A stretch of DNA of 64,000 bases from Diadema antillarum. Taxonomy: Eukaryota. The notes under the pieces are model-generated. The model was not told the DNA's origin, did no database searches, and worked only from the letters and a program-made list of their open reading frames with translations. Below are positions 11,909 to 23,888 of the stretch, in pieces. How positions within the stretch are numbered: position 1 is the stretch's first letter; each line of letters opens with the position of its first letter. The stretch covers positions 434,001 to 498,000 of the forward strand of contig NW_027271318.1 of NCBI RefSeq assembly GCF_040938485.1, written 5' to 3'. The position numbers were made by a program, and so were the translations under genes.

Positions 11909-14900
11909 ATGGCAAGCAGAAAGCATGAGGATGACGATGAAGGGCAGCGCAAAAAGCAGAGAGTCATCAAAACTCTGCACGACAAAAATCAAAGGAAGAG
12001 GCTTATTGTTGTCTTGGAAAATGCGTCACTTGAAACCATCAAGGTATTTCTCAAGCAAGCGTACTGTATTTCTGTTTTCATTCATTAAGTCTTTGACATA
12101 TTTTGGTTTTCAGAAGTTCAGAACAATAAAACGTTAACGTTGTCCCACATATTTGTGGTCGTGTAAGTTTTTTCTATTGCGTTGTGTCAGCAGCAGAGCT
12201 CAGCGCAGAGAGCGAGTAGATTCATGATAGACTCTATACTGTAGTTTAGAGCTGGTGCTACTTTTCCATGGGAGGAACTGTTCCATGCAAGTGCACGTTG
12301 AATTTCATTGCATTCTAAACCATTGTAAACGGATTTAATAAATATTAAATGTGTGGAGACAACAAAAAAAAACTTGTCAAAATGAATCCAGTGCAGTGTC
12401 AGTGAGACATGAGCAAGATGAGATGATATGAGTGAGTTTATCATGTTTATGCTTGCACAGGATAGATAGCACTCGACTGTGACAGTAGCTAGTAGAAGTA
12501 AAGAAGTAGTAAGTAGACAGAAAAGTCTGTCTGTCCAGAGCACAGAAGTTTGATAACATTGTTTTACTTTCAAGGTTAACGGACCTTAGCCTCCTTGAGT
12601 TGAAGCGAGATGTAGACGCTAGTCTCTGTCCAGTCTGTGGAACATGTCCCCGCTGATAAAACAGAGACTCCAACTCTCCCGCTTTCGACGGGAGATCTCC
12701 CGCCGAAAGCCCATTTTTGCAGAATCTCCCGTTCTCCCGCTTGAGATTCAATTTCTCCCGCTTGAAAGGATTTCTTACTTAATTTCATTGTATGTTGAAA
12801 AATTAGCCTTATAAGTTAGATAGCACGAGAGAGCATCTATAGAACCCTAGACCGCAAGGAACTTTGTGCTCATATTGTGCGCTTCGCGCACAACAAGTTG
12901 GAGTCTCCCGTTTGATAGGGGTTTCAGGCGGGAGAATCTCCAGATCAGAAGGAAGGTGCGTAGGGTTGGAGTCTCTGATAAAATACAGATTAATCTTTGG
13001 TCAAAGCAAGCAGTTTGTTAAATTTGCTTTATCATGTGTAATTTTAAAATCCCTGTCATTCTCTTATTTGTCAATGATCATTAGACAAAATTGTCTTTGA
13101 AAAGACAGTGATCAGTACACAGTCAGATTCCATTGTTTTGCAGACATCCAAGGGATATGAGTTGCTGAATTGTGACCATCACAAACATCTGATGAAGAAG
13201 CACAAGCGAGAGCCTTCTGACTGTAGGCCAGACATCGTGCATCAGGTATGATGTTCACCATCTTTACAACCTCTGATTTAACGACAAAAACTTTATAATT
13301 CTTGTAATTATGTGCTCTCTCTCTTTCTCTCTCTCTCTTTATCAATAATTCTTTGCAATAAAGACTACCTTCTTACTCTAAAGTTGCCCATCTTTGTCTT
13401 TTTAAAATGTGTGGACAAAAGGGAAGAATGATCTAAGCAAACTCTGGTGTCTTATATTTCTCTTGATCCTTTATTGCCTTATTTATTCATTTATGTATTC
13501 AGTCGTTGTGATTATTCATTTGTTTTTTGTCTTGGTAGTGCAAATTCAATGTAGCACACAGAATAATTTAACTTATATAAATTTCTAAGCTCATATGGCA
13601 TAGGAAGAAATCAAAACCTAATATGCCTTCTTGTTATCAGGACAAGACCTTATAGAAGTAGCAGAAGCCTGTGTGGGACAGTTTCTTGATGGTGTTTTAA
13701 GGAGATATTTTCATCAAGAATCAAGAAAAGCACAGATATTCCATCCAGACGGTTTCAGAAATGTGTGGAACAATGCTGATTCCTTGAAACACAAGATCTA
13801 TAAACTTTTCTCCTTGAGAGAATTCGTCCTAGTGCAAATATCATATGAGTGTGTAGCATTTTGTCTGCGTAAGCCATCTACACACTGTCCCTCTTCAGAG
13901 GAGATGAGCCCTCGCCACAAGGAGCCATCACTTCAATGTGTCTTGTCAACTTTAATGGCGAGTTTGAACTAGTACGAAAAGAAAGAGAAATTTGTAAACA
14001 CATTTGAGAAAATTTGATCTAAATTGGATACATATTAGGATTTTGGACTTGGACAAAATTGTATTTGAATAATATAGCTGAAAATATCAAGATTTTATGT
14101 TATTTGCATATACTTTTATGAAAATTAATGATACTTCACAATTGCATAACTTTGAATTTGATGTTTCATTCCTCTGGAAGATAGATTCCCTTATCCTTAA
14201 AGTGTCATTCAGATACTTGATAAAAAATGCTTGAAGAAAAGCTTCCCAAAAAAAAAAAATGCTAGATTTTCCCTCAGGAGTAGTACAGAACATGAAAAAA
14301 AAGGGACTCCAGAAAAGGATATAATGTCTCTTTCCCAAACCATGTTGCAATTTGGTATAGAATTGGCCAAATCAACCTTGATAATAATGATTTTAAAATT
14401 TTAGGGCATTAGAAAGGAGAACACTGTTTCAGAGGTTAGACAAAACATCCAAAGAAAAACCAAACACATCATCAATTCAATGGAATATAGATAATTGTAG
14501 TTTAAAGTAGAAATTTATTTAGATCCTCCTCCACCTCCCCCCCCCCCCCCCCCCCCACATACACACACATCAATCCTACACTTAATCTTGCAGACAGTTT
14601 ACTGGTGGTATGATAACATATGGACTGTAAATCATTAAGAAGGATCTGCCCACAAGTTCTGCCACTGTCATCAAGAAGTAGTCTTGTCTCTTCTCCAGTG
14701 CCTGCTGATGTTGTTTGACAGCCCTCTAAACAGGGCGGGGCTACTCCAGGTCTTTGTCCACACCCAGCGCAACGTCCTCATCCAGATCAGCCCCCAGACC
14801 AGGATTCCACGGACGTTTGACCGTTTTTGTGGCCTTATGGGTGGGTAAAATCTTCTCTTAGTTTAATCCATCCCTAAAAGTTATCTAAGCCTGAAAGCAC

Positions 14901-16632
14901 CTTGAGCCTATGTATTTTGCTTAGGAAGCATTTTATTATACAGTGGACTCTCCTTATGACACATTTTTCATATGAGAATTTTGTTATATCATAGTTTACA
15001 AAATATATCACTTTATCATATTGGAATTTGTTTATACTAGTCAATGTACCCGTGGAGTACATGTATCATGCTTGTTTGGCTTCAGCCAGTGCCCAGAAAT
15101 CCTCTGTGGGGATTCCCCCAGAAATGGTCAAGGTCACTGAGTCAACGGAGGTGAAATAACTGTTTTGCGCTACTCCTTGGTCCGATCTTGGCCAAACTTG
15201 CTGGAAGCATAAGTAGGCCTACACCTGGGAAATCCCCATTGAGGATATTTCTGGGGGAATCCCAAGGAGTAGCGAAAAACAGTTATTTGACCTTTGACCC
15301 CAGTGACCTTGACCTTTCCAAAAATGAACCCCTCAAGGGCAATTTCGCGGTGAACCTGCATCCACCCACTAAGTTTGATGGAGATCGGACCAAGGACCTG
15401 GGAGGAGTAGAGGAACAAACAGACAGACAGACAAACCTTGCTCGAATTATAGTATGATCACAGTTTAAAATATACATCACTTTATCATATTGGAATTTGT
15501 TATATCATGGTTCGAAAACTCTAGAATTCAATGAAGGTTATGAACTTTTGTGTAAGATAACATTATGTTTGCTATCAAGAGATTTATAAATTAAGTCAAC
15601 TATTTTCCTAAGGCACAAATTCTAGAAAGTGTGACTAAAAAGGTATATTTGTTACCTATTTCAGTAAAAGAGATCTCTGTCTTTGTGATATTCGGCTGAA
15701 TTATACAAATAAAACATGAAAACTTGAAATCCGGTAGGAGTTCTGTATTGACTCATTCGTCACTCCCACCCCCATTTTATGCAGTGCAACTCCTTCACAA
15801 GCTGAGCATCCATGCAGCCGATGGACCCCAGAAACTCCTCAAGGTCATCAAGAACCCAATCAGCGATCACCTCCCAGTTGGCTGCCGCAAGCTCCTCACC
15901 TCCTTCAGTGCCGACAAGTGTCTTCATCCCAGAGAGCTGGCCACAGAGGAGGAGGACCCCATCGTCATAGTGATCGGCGCAATGGCTCATGGGAAGGTCT
16001 GTGCTCTTGGAATTGGATTTCATTTTTTGTAACTCTTTATGTCATTTGCTTGTCCTGTCTACTGAATTTGTGTTGCACTCGGAGTATGCTTTGTGTTGAT
16101 TGCTTTTCCTAGCTATTGAATTTGTATATTACTTTCTAAACACCTTGTATTAGATTCCTTTCCTGTCTAGTTGGACACCAGCATATGAAGTGATTTCCAT
16201 GTGTAGATTTTAACACTAATGATCAAAGAATCTTGTATGAATTTTGTTGAACAAAAATTGATGAGTATTAATGAGCTTTGTAATATGCAATGACAGTGTG
16301 AATGTAATTTCCAAATTGTTGGTCGAGTGCTCTGAAATTCCCTTTGCAGTTCACTGTTTCTTTTATGAACATTCATACCCCTTTTGATTAACTGTATTCC
16401 CCAAATTACTACAATTCTCCACTTATAGCGTAATGTTAATATATGAAGATTGAAACAAGCCACAGATGTGTTCATGGGTTGCGTATTGTTCTACTTCCTG
16501 CAGGTCAGTGTGGACTACACAGAAGGAGAAGTTGCAGTGAGCCAGTACCCCCTGTCTGCTGCCCTCACATGTGCCAAAGTTTGCTCGGGGTTCGAGGAGG
16601 CCTGGGACGTGGAGAGCCTTGCGGGAACATGA
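11909..16632 (+). CDS. EMG1: EMG1/NEP1 rRNA small-subunit pseudouridine N1-methyltransferase (SPOUT fold), 5 exons, 239 aa
   Basis: join(11909..12043,13144..13245,14699..14840,15785..15996,16504..16632) = 720 nt, all GT-AG and phase-consistent. Motifs include [65 protein letters not shown] and [11 protein letters not shown]. Confidence 0.97.
12662..12977. mobile_element. hAT-like MITE, TIR CAGAGACTCCAAC, 6-bp TSD ATAAAA (EMG1 intron 1)
   Basis: Perfect 13-bp TIRs; ATAAAA at 12656-12661 and 12978-12983. A paralog in the opposite orientation lies at 36531-36875. Confidence 0.88.
15037..15457 (-). mobile_element. Non-autonomous Helitron (421 bp) in EMG1 intron 3
   Basis: On the minus strand: host A | TC start at 15457, (TGTC)n near the 5' end, subterminal hairpin ATGTAC-N7-GTACAT, CTAG end at 15037 | host T. 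Confidence 0.75.
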
Positions 16633-17157
16633 CCTGAAGTGTGGGACAAAAAATTGGTTGAGATGTCGAACATTCCAGAAATGCTTGGTTCACAGGGGGA
16701 AGCCTTGTGCAACAAGGTCTACGACAGGACTTCAAGTTGAAAGTGTTGCTGTTGATGTGTCACATGTTGATGTGTCACATGTTTGGGGATGTACCTTTAC
16801 TGACATATTTGCACTTGCTCTTCTGGAACAACAGTATTTCTCATACATTGTCTCGTTAGGCACGAACACATATGCAGTGCCCAAAGTGTGGAAGACATTT
16901 TCCAAACATGGGGAAGAATGAGGGGAAGAATGTAGATAGTGCAGCTCTTTAACCACCAGATATATAAATGTACCTCCAAGACAAAGAATTTTGTTAACAA
17001 CTTCAAAGCTGTTTCAGGAGAGCAGCGTATGATACTCATGAGCAGTACTGACATTGTTGGTGATTGGATCGTTTGTCATTAGTTGCCTTGCAGTTAAGAC
17101 GGAGGAGGCGTAAAAATTTGGCATTTTTGTAAAACTGCTAGTTCAGACGCCTCATTA

Positions 17158-17341
17158 CAGGGGTCGCACTTAACTTTTTTTTTAACTAGCCAGGCGGACT
17201 ACTTAGAATCAATTTTGACACTGAAGCAATATTTTGGCTAGCCAGACGGACTAGTTACTTCAGAATTTTATGATTTATAGCTAGTCCGACATGATTTTGG
17301 GTGGCCAATGGCCAGCGGACCATCGCCAATTTCGAACCCTG
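17158..17341. mobile_element. Short hAT-like MITE with 5-bp TSD CATTA
   Basis: Ends CAGGGGTCGCA / TTCGAACCCTG (9 of 11 match as TIR). CATTA at 17153-17157 and 17342-17346. Confidence 0.6.
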
Positions 17342-20300
17342 CATTAGGATAACATCTCCTGCCCCACTCTGGCTGTTTGAAGTCATCCTCTGAGGATTAC
17401 ACTCAGTCATGGAACATTTTACCAAAACCTTGTTCTTAAAGCTACCTTCTTCTGCTGCTAAACATTTCAAGAGAAACATTGTACCGTTTGTCAAGCAATG
17501 CTTTTATTTTTAGTTGTAATACTAGCAGTTTTTGAAAACTAGAAATTGGATTAATGAAATACAAGAAGAAAATTGTAATTCATTTGATAAGTAAAATGGA
17601 CTCGCTTATTATAACATCTCATCAATTTTCCTGTGAAATTATGCTTTTTGATTGCAACCATTGCAATCAGATGGGAAAGTCACAATGAACAGGTGTATTA
17701 CCATATCTCCACTTATCCACATACAGATTGATTTTTTTTGGTTCATTTTTCAACAGTCGGTAAAGTGGATTTTTTTCTTTCTAAGTGAACTTGTCAACTG
17801 TTGTGCTTCAGGTATACATTTCCCACCTTCATCACTCAAATGTTTTGGTGAAAATTGTTGAAAACATTTGAATACTTACCTGAGATGATAACTTAAGATG
17901 TTGATATTCCCTGCTTGTCTACCTATTGATGAATACATAGTTTCAGCATTCTCCCAATCTTGTGCAGAAATTAGATTTTACTCGATGCAAACATACCTAG
18001 CAGTGATTCCTATATATTGAACAGATACAAACATAGTACACTAAATTGCCTTGTGGCAACTTTTAGTTGGAAAAGTTCAAGCATTGATTTAGTTAATAAA
18101 CTTGCGATACATATTTTTAAGCACACTTTATACTTGTGTTCATTGTATTTTCCTGTTGAGAGTGTGATATGAATGATACCATTTGATGTACACAGTGTAA
18201 GCAGGTTGCTACTTACCTGTATGCATGGGGCAACTAAAATTCTTTGTTGGACAGGTAATATTAATGGGTATGGGTAATATTAATGGGTATGTGAGACTCT
18301 GTCATGCCTAATTAATTGTTTTGGCAAGTTGGAATATAATTTTGTTATGTCTTGGTAGGGTTTTATTTGTTTATCCACTTAATAATCTTTGCCTGTATGA
18401 GTGAATGTATGATGAGTATGCTTGTATGTATGTAGACAAGTGTGTAAGTGGGTAGGTGGTTGTTAATTTCTGATCAATTTCAAGTCATCTTTTTAGGTGA
18501 TCCGAGTATCCTCTCGGATCACCTTCTGTATCTGTACTGAATCTTTCTTCTTTCTTTGTTTCTTTCTTTATTTCTCCTCAAAAGTTGTGCAGAGGTTAGC
18601 TCAGAAAGTGCATTGCCTCTCAATGTCAAACTTACACCATATATGTATCATGTCGCAAAGACGACAGCGCAAGTAAAATCATAGTGATCAGTCGACCGTG
18701 ACGTCACTATGACGTCATTATATGAAAACACATTTTCATTCATATCTCATTAATGGAATGGACATTTTCAATGAAATTTACGTCACATATATTTCAAGTC
18801 AAGCACATTTTACTCATATTATCAAAATTCATATTTATTATTAAAACGTGCGCGTACGCGCGCGTTGAAATATTTGTATGCTCCAATCGAGCTCAAAATC
18901 TTTTTGCACACGTTTCAGACCATTTAGAGCATTTTTTGAAAAATTGAAAAAATTGGACGGACGCGTACGCGCGCGCACATATACGCACGCACAGGTCATA
19001 TGGAATAGAAATTTCCCGTTTTTTCACATTTATCATATGCCTGAAATGTCAAGGAATATTTCTTCCAAGTTTCAAGTCAATCCGACTCAATATGACGTCA
19101 TACGGGCCCGTCAAAGTTGAAATTCCGCGCGCGCGTCAATGGCGATATACAATGCAACAATGCCAAAAAACCGCCAATTTTAAATCCGATTTTACTCGTC
19201 AGGATGGACGGTGACCTCCCATTTTCTTTACATATTTTGAAAGCTGATGAGTTTTACATATCATTTCATGGGTTGGCGATACTGAAAAAATGATTAAAAG
19301 ATATCAAATTTCTTAATAAAGTAAAAAAAGTAAATTTTCAAAATGACGTCATCAAATTTCAAGTTCACTCGAGCGTATCTCGCTTATCCTTTGCCAATTT
19401 TCACCCAGTTTTCAGTATGTTGTAGCTTATTAAATGTACTTTCATATTTATAATTACAAAAATTTGATTGGATGACGTCATCACCTCGTAAAAATGGATT
19501 GAAAGCATCCTTGTAAAATTTGACCAGTTTACGTGTTATCTCTATGGTAGAGCAGTTTTTCTGGAAGTGAAAATTGACATGACTATCTTTTTCGAGCACT
19601 AGCTCACTTATGCTTCGGTGAATTTCTCCCAGATTTCGATATGTTGTAGCTGAGACTTTGGGCTATCGTAAGTGTGCCCTTCATTTTTTCATACGGTGTC
19701 GGAATCACGTCCAAAAACTTGGTTGAAATTAAAGCTTATCTTCGATGTATTTTCATATTAATTTCCTTTTGCAACTTTCTTTGCAATAACTCAAGAAAAA
19801 CAAGCCCTATCTATCCAATATTTCGCACATGTTTAGTTCATGTTACGTACATCATTTCATAAAATAACAATTACTTGATCGGACACAATCTTCGGTATGT
19901 AAATTAGGGTCAAAGGTCATAAATGGTTCATCCTGTATCTAAGTGAATACATGTCCTATCTCTCCAATATTTTGCACACGCAAAGATCATGTTACAAGAA
20001 TCATTTCACAAAATAACCACTCTTTGCTCAGATGTCATCTTGTCTGTGCAAAGTGGGGTCAAAAGGTCATATGTACTTCTTTCTGTTTCTTCGTTATGAC
20101 GTGTTATCTCTATGGGAGGGAATTTTTCTAGATGTGAAAATTGACATGATTGTCTTTATCGAGCACTAGCTCAATTACCCTTCGGTGAATTTTTCTCAGA
20201 TTTTAATATGTTGTAACTTAGACTTTGCGCTATCGTTACGTGCCCTTTGTTTTTTCATATGATGTCGGGATCATGTTAAAATACTTGGTTGAAATTAAGC

Positions 20301-20428
20301 TTATCTTCGATGTATTGAGATATTTCTATGTTTCTGCAACTTTCTTTGCAATAACTCAAGAAAAACAGCCCCTATCACCCCCATATTTTGCACATGTTTA
20401 GCTCATGTCACGTACATTATTTCGTAAA

Positions 20429-21595
20429 ATGGCAGTTATAGAAATACAAGACAGAATAATTCAAGAAATGAATGATGGTAAAGAAGTTTTGGCAATATTC
20501 ATGGATCTTTCTAAAGCATTTGATTGTCTTTCTCATGAAATTTTACTTCAAAAATTGCAATATTATGGTGTTCGTGGTGTCTGTCTTAAGTGGTTCAGAT
20601 CTTATTTATGTGGGCGGAAACAATTCACTGTTTATGATTCTTTCCATTCGTCTTTTAGAAATATCAATACGGGTGTGCCTCAGGGATCCATTCTTGGACC
20701 TTTACTGTTTTTGATTTATATAAACGATATTGTCAATTCTTGCCATGAATCTCATTTTATTCTATATGCAGACGACACCTCACTTCTTGCCTCTCATAAT
20801 GATATCAATGTGTTGATTGAACTTTTAAACAAAAATCTTTATCAAGTACATAATTGGTTTAAGTGCAATATGCTCACTTTGAATATAAGTAAAACACAAT
20901 GTGTACTTTTTAAACGCGGAGGTGTGCAGTATAATACTGATGATATGATTTTAAAAATTGGTGATATACGTTTGAAATTTTATGAATCTGTAAATTTTTT
21001 AGGTGTTGTATTAAACAGTAAGTTGAGTTGGAGCGATCATATTGACTTTGTCTGTACAAAAATTTCTCGTTTTATTGGAATTTTGAATCGACTGAAATAT
21101 GATTTGCCAAGTTACATTTTGTTCGCTCTTTATAATGCTTATATTTTATCTGTTTTATCTTATTGCAATTCTATTTGGGGAAACACGTATTCTTGCCATA
21201 CTCAAAGACTTTTTATACTACAAAAGAAAGCAATTCGAATTTGTACAAAGTCAGATTATAGAGCTTCAACATCTAAACTTTTTAAATCATTACACACTCT
21301 TAAATTGCAAGATTTGAATAAAATTCAAATATGTTCCTTTATGCAACGTTTCCATGCTAAAACTCTTTCACCTTATTTACAAAATATGTTTTCTGTGAAC
21401 TCTGATGTACATAATTATTATACAAGATCGTCAAATCATCTTCATCGATGGCGTTTTTTAACCGATAAATCTAAATATTCGTTACGTCATACTGGTCCTG
21501 TTTTATGGAATACGTTAGAATTGAGCAAATTCAATACACAGTTTAATAATATGTTCAAAAGGCAGTACAAGAAGTTATTGATTAGTAAGTATTGA
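20429..21595 (+). CDS. Reverse transcriptase C-terminal part of a 5'-truncated non-LTR retrotransposon (CR1/L2-like)
   Basis: Uninterrupted ORF with FMDLSKAFD, GVPQGSILGPLLFLIYIND, YADDT and C-terminal HNYYTRSS...GPVLWN. There is no endonuclease domain or RT N-terminus. The tracked ORF start at 20405 lies in flanking DNA. Confidence 0.93.
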   Translation: MAVIEIQDRIIQEMNDGKEVLAIFMDLSKAFDCLSHEILLQKLQYYGVRGVCLKWFRSYLCGRKQFTVYDSFHSSFRNINTGVPQGSILGPLLFLIYINDIVNSCHESHFILYADDTSLLASHNDINVLIELLNKNLYQVHNWFKCNMLTLNISKTQCVLFKRGGVQYNTDDMILKIGDIRLKFYESVNFLGVVLNSKLSWSDHIDFVCTKISRFIGILNRLKYDLPSYILFALYNAYILSVLSYCNSIWGNTYSCHTQRLFILQKKAIRICTKSDYRASTSKLFKSLHTLKLQDLNKIQICSFMQRFHAKTLSPYLQNMFSVNSDVHNYYTRSSNHLHRWRFLTDKSKYSLRHTGPVLWNTLELSKFNTQFNNMFKRQYKKLLISKY

Positions 21596-22005
21596 TTGGA
21601 TTATTATGTATGGATGCATTGGTCTTTCTTCTATTTGTATGATGGTGTTTAATGTTTTTCTCTTTTTTGTTATGATTAATTTGATTTTTTTTTTAAAGTA
21701 ATTTTCAAATGATTATAACGCGGAGTATGTGCAACATAACAAGCCTATTCTGGCTTTCTACGCGCATACCATTTTCCGGTCAACCAAACACATAATGTTA
21801 ATGAGTTTCTGTTTTCTATGTACCTGTGATATCTGTTTTCCCGATGTGTTTTTTTTTTTGTTCTTTTGTCTTTATCATAATCTCGCTTTGTTTTGTTGTC
21901 GTTTCCATTGTTTTTAAACTCACTTTTTGTACAATTTGCTCATATTCACATATATTTTGTATATTATATATTGAATCGGAAATAAAGATTGAATTGATTG
22001 ATTGA
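20431..22005 (+). mobile_element. 5'-truncated LINE (CR1/L2 group), about 1.6 kb, with 6-bp TSD TAAAAT
   Basis: TAAAAT at 20425-20430 and 22006-22011. AATAAA at 21981-21986 is followed by an (ATTG)n-like tail. The two flanks rejoin to a sequence matching the uninterrupted paralogous unit near 19855-19880 (catttcataaaataacaattacttgatcgg). Confidence 0.9.
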
Positions 22006-22783
22006 TAAAATAACAACTACTTGATCGGACAATATCTTGGGTATGTAAATTAGGGTCAAAGGTCACATATGTTTCATCCTGTATCTTGGTGAATACATGT
22101 CTTATCTTTCCCATATTTTGCACACGTAAAGATCATGTTACAAGAATCATTTCACAAAATAACCATTCTTTGCTCAGATGCCATCTAGGTTGTGCAAAGT
22201 GGGGTCAAAGGTTATATGTACTTGTTGCTGTATCTTCGTTATAGTGTATACAGATTTGGTACCAAAGATGGCAGATATGACGACCTTTTCTAAATGAGAA
22301 TCCAAACATCACACGGCCAATGTCTCTGAACACAGATGAAACCTGTCATGGTCATGCCTATTGCGATCAGGACTTGAATCATTGATTTTAACAAAAATCG
22401 GATCACCTTAATTTGTCAGTGATGACAAATTACAATCTCTAGTTGAACATTGTTAGTATATTATGAATGAATGTATGATGAGTATGTTTGTATGTATGTA
22501 GACAAGTATGTAAGCGGTTAGGTGGTTAAGTTTTCATCAATTTCAAGCCATCTTTTTGAACATTGTCAGTATACATTTACCCAATCAATTAATCATACAG
22601 TCACATTTAGTGAATATCTGCTTGAGAGATGTTCTGCAGGTATCTTTTACTTATGTAGATACAGAGTAGTAGTGGAAGGAATAGAAGAGTTTAGTCTTTA
22701 TTGAAATACTCACCCATTGATAGTCTAGCTCTGGACCCTTTTTATCAGTTTTTACTTTTTTTTCTTTTGTTTTGTTTTGTTTG

Positions 22784-22919
22784 TTCGCCGACTATAAGTG
22801 TTAAGCCGAGTGCTGGCGCAATCCTGAGAAATGCTGCACCTGAGAAAAAAGGGCTTTTCTCGGGTGCAGCATTTCTCGGGATCGTGCCATCACTAGGCTT
22901 AATGCTTAAAGTCGGCGAA
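22784..22919. repeat. Long fold-back palindrome P4
   Basis: Arms ttcgccgact...gagaaatgctgcacctgagaaaa / ttttctcgggtgcagcatttctc...agtcggcgaa, about 65 bp each and imperfect. Confidence 0.85.
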
Positions 22920-22943
22920 AAGAAAACAATCAATAAAAAGGGG

Positions 22944-23136
22944 TCTAGGGCAATTACCTTCTGGGCAATTACCCTTCACCCTTCCCCTGGCCCTAATCCT
23001 CATCCTAATCCGGAACCTAATCCTATCCCTAACTCAAACTCCTAACCCTAACCCTAAGCCTAATTTTTACTCTAAGCTTACCACTAACCAGTATTTAGCC
23101 GGGGGGTAATTGCCCTTCGGGGGTAATTGCCCAGAT
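22944..23136. mobile_element. MITE-like element with doubled GGGCAATTACC inverted ends and internal degenerate (CCTAAC)n
   Basis: GGGCAATTACC at 22948 and 22963; GGTAATTGCCC at 23105 and 23122. Telomere-like hexamers at about 22990-23065. No TSD seen. Confidence 0.6.
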
Positions 23137-23175
23137 GCGTCTGATTATATCAGTGTACAAAATCACAGAAATATA

Positions 23176-23728
23176 AAGAGTGTTCACCTTCATATACATG
23201 TGAATTAAGAATATGCAGTGATATTAAGAATACATTTAATAGTGAAAGTTTGAGGAAAATTGGACAACCCGTTCGAAATTTATGAATTTTTGAAGTTTCA
23301 GTATCGCCATTGCTGGACTACCGGTACTACAACTTGTGATGTCACATGTATAGAACAGATAAGAAAATATGAAGAAAATTCTACATATTTTCACTTTTCT
23401 CGCTTAACAAAGCATCACTTAATTTTCCTTTTCCAGAAGGCAGCGGGAATAATATCGCCTTTTAACATGCGTCAATGAGAAGCCAAGAGAGTGTGTACTA
23501 CTTTCGAATAATAATTTTGTGAAATTCTCTTAATATTTTTCTTATATCATTCTACGCATGTGGCATCAAAAACTGTAGTAGTCTTCTCATCCGGCAGTGA
23601 ATGCACAAAAACTTTAAAAATTCATAACTTTTGAACAGATTGTCTGATTTTTCTCAAGATTTCAGATGTGTTCCACTGAAATTGCTGCATTCACTCACTT
23701 CCCATTTCTATGGAGGTGAACTTGCCCT
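23176..23728. mobile_element. Degenerate Kolobok-like non-autonomous element (paralog of 26372-26925)
   Basis: Colinear similarity with 26372-26925 over about 550 bp; terminal motifs are eroded. Confidence 0.65.
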
Positions 23729-23854
23729 TACTTGTTGCTGATATTGCAAAGACATGCAGAGTAACACAGAATTACAGTATTGAATGTGTCGTTATAATTT
23801 ATATATGTATGAGTGTACATACCGGTGTATCAACTGTATGTATGTATAAATACG

Positions 23855-23888
<34 letters not shown>

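Larger units (their letters stand above)
18495..22442 (+). mobile_element. Helentron-associated non-autonomous element (HINE/DINE-1-like) with internal about 568-bp tandem units and a nested LINE
   Basis: 5' hairpin AGGTGATCCGAG-N6-CTCGGATCACCT (18495-18524) followed by a CT-rich tract. 3' subterminal IR TCGGATCACCT (22398-22408), perfect 9-bp stem-loop (22410-22431), CTAG end, inserted in a T-run. Units start at 19531 and 20099. Confidence 0.8.

Noticed and set aside
16259-16335. Possible box C/D snoRNA in EMG1 intron 4 (TGATGA...CTGA)
   Set aside because: The C box lacks the leading purine, the terminal stem is weak, and I could not recognise an rRNA-complementary guide. An Infernal or snoscan hit would be needed.
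22990-23065. True telomere or chromosome-fusion relic
   Set aside because: Only a few perfect CCCTAA units, and they are enclosed by inverted repeats of a dispersed element.
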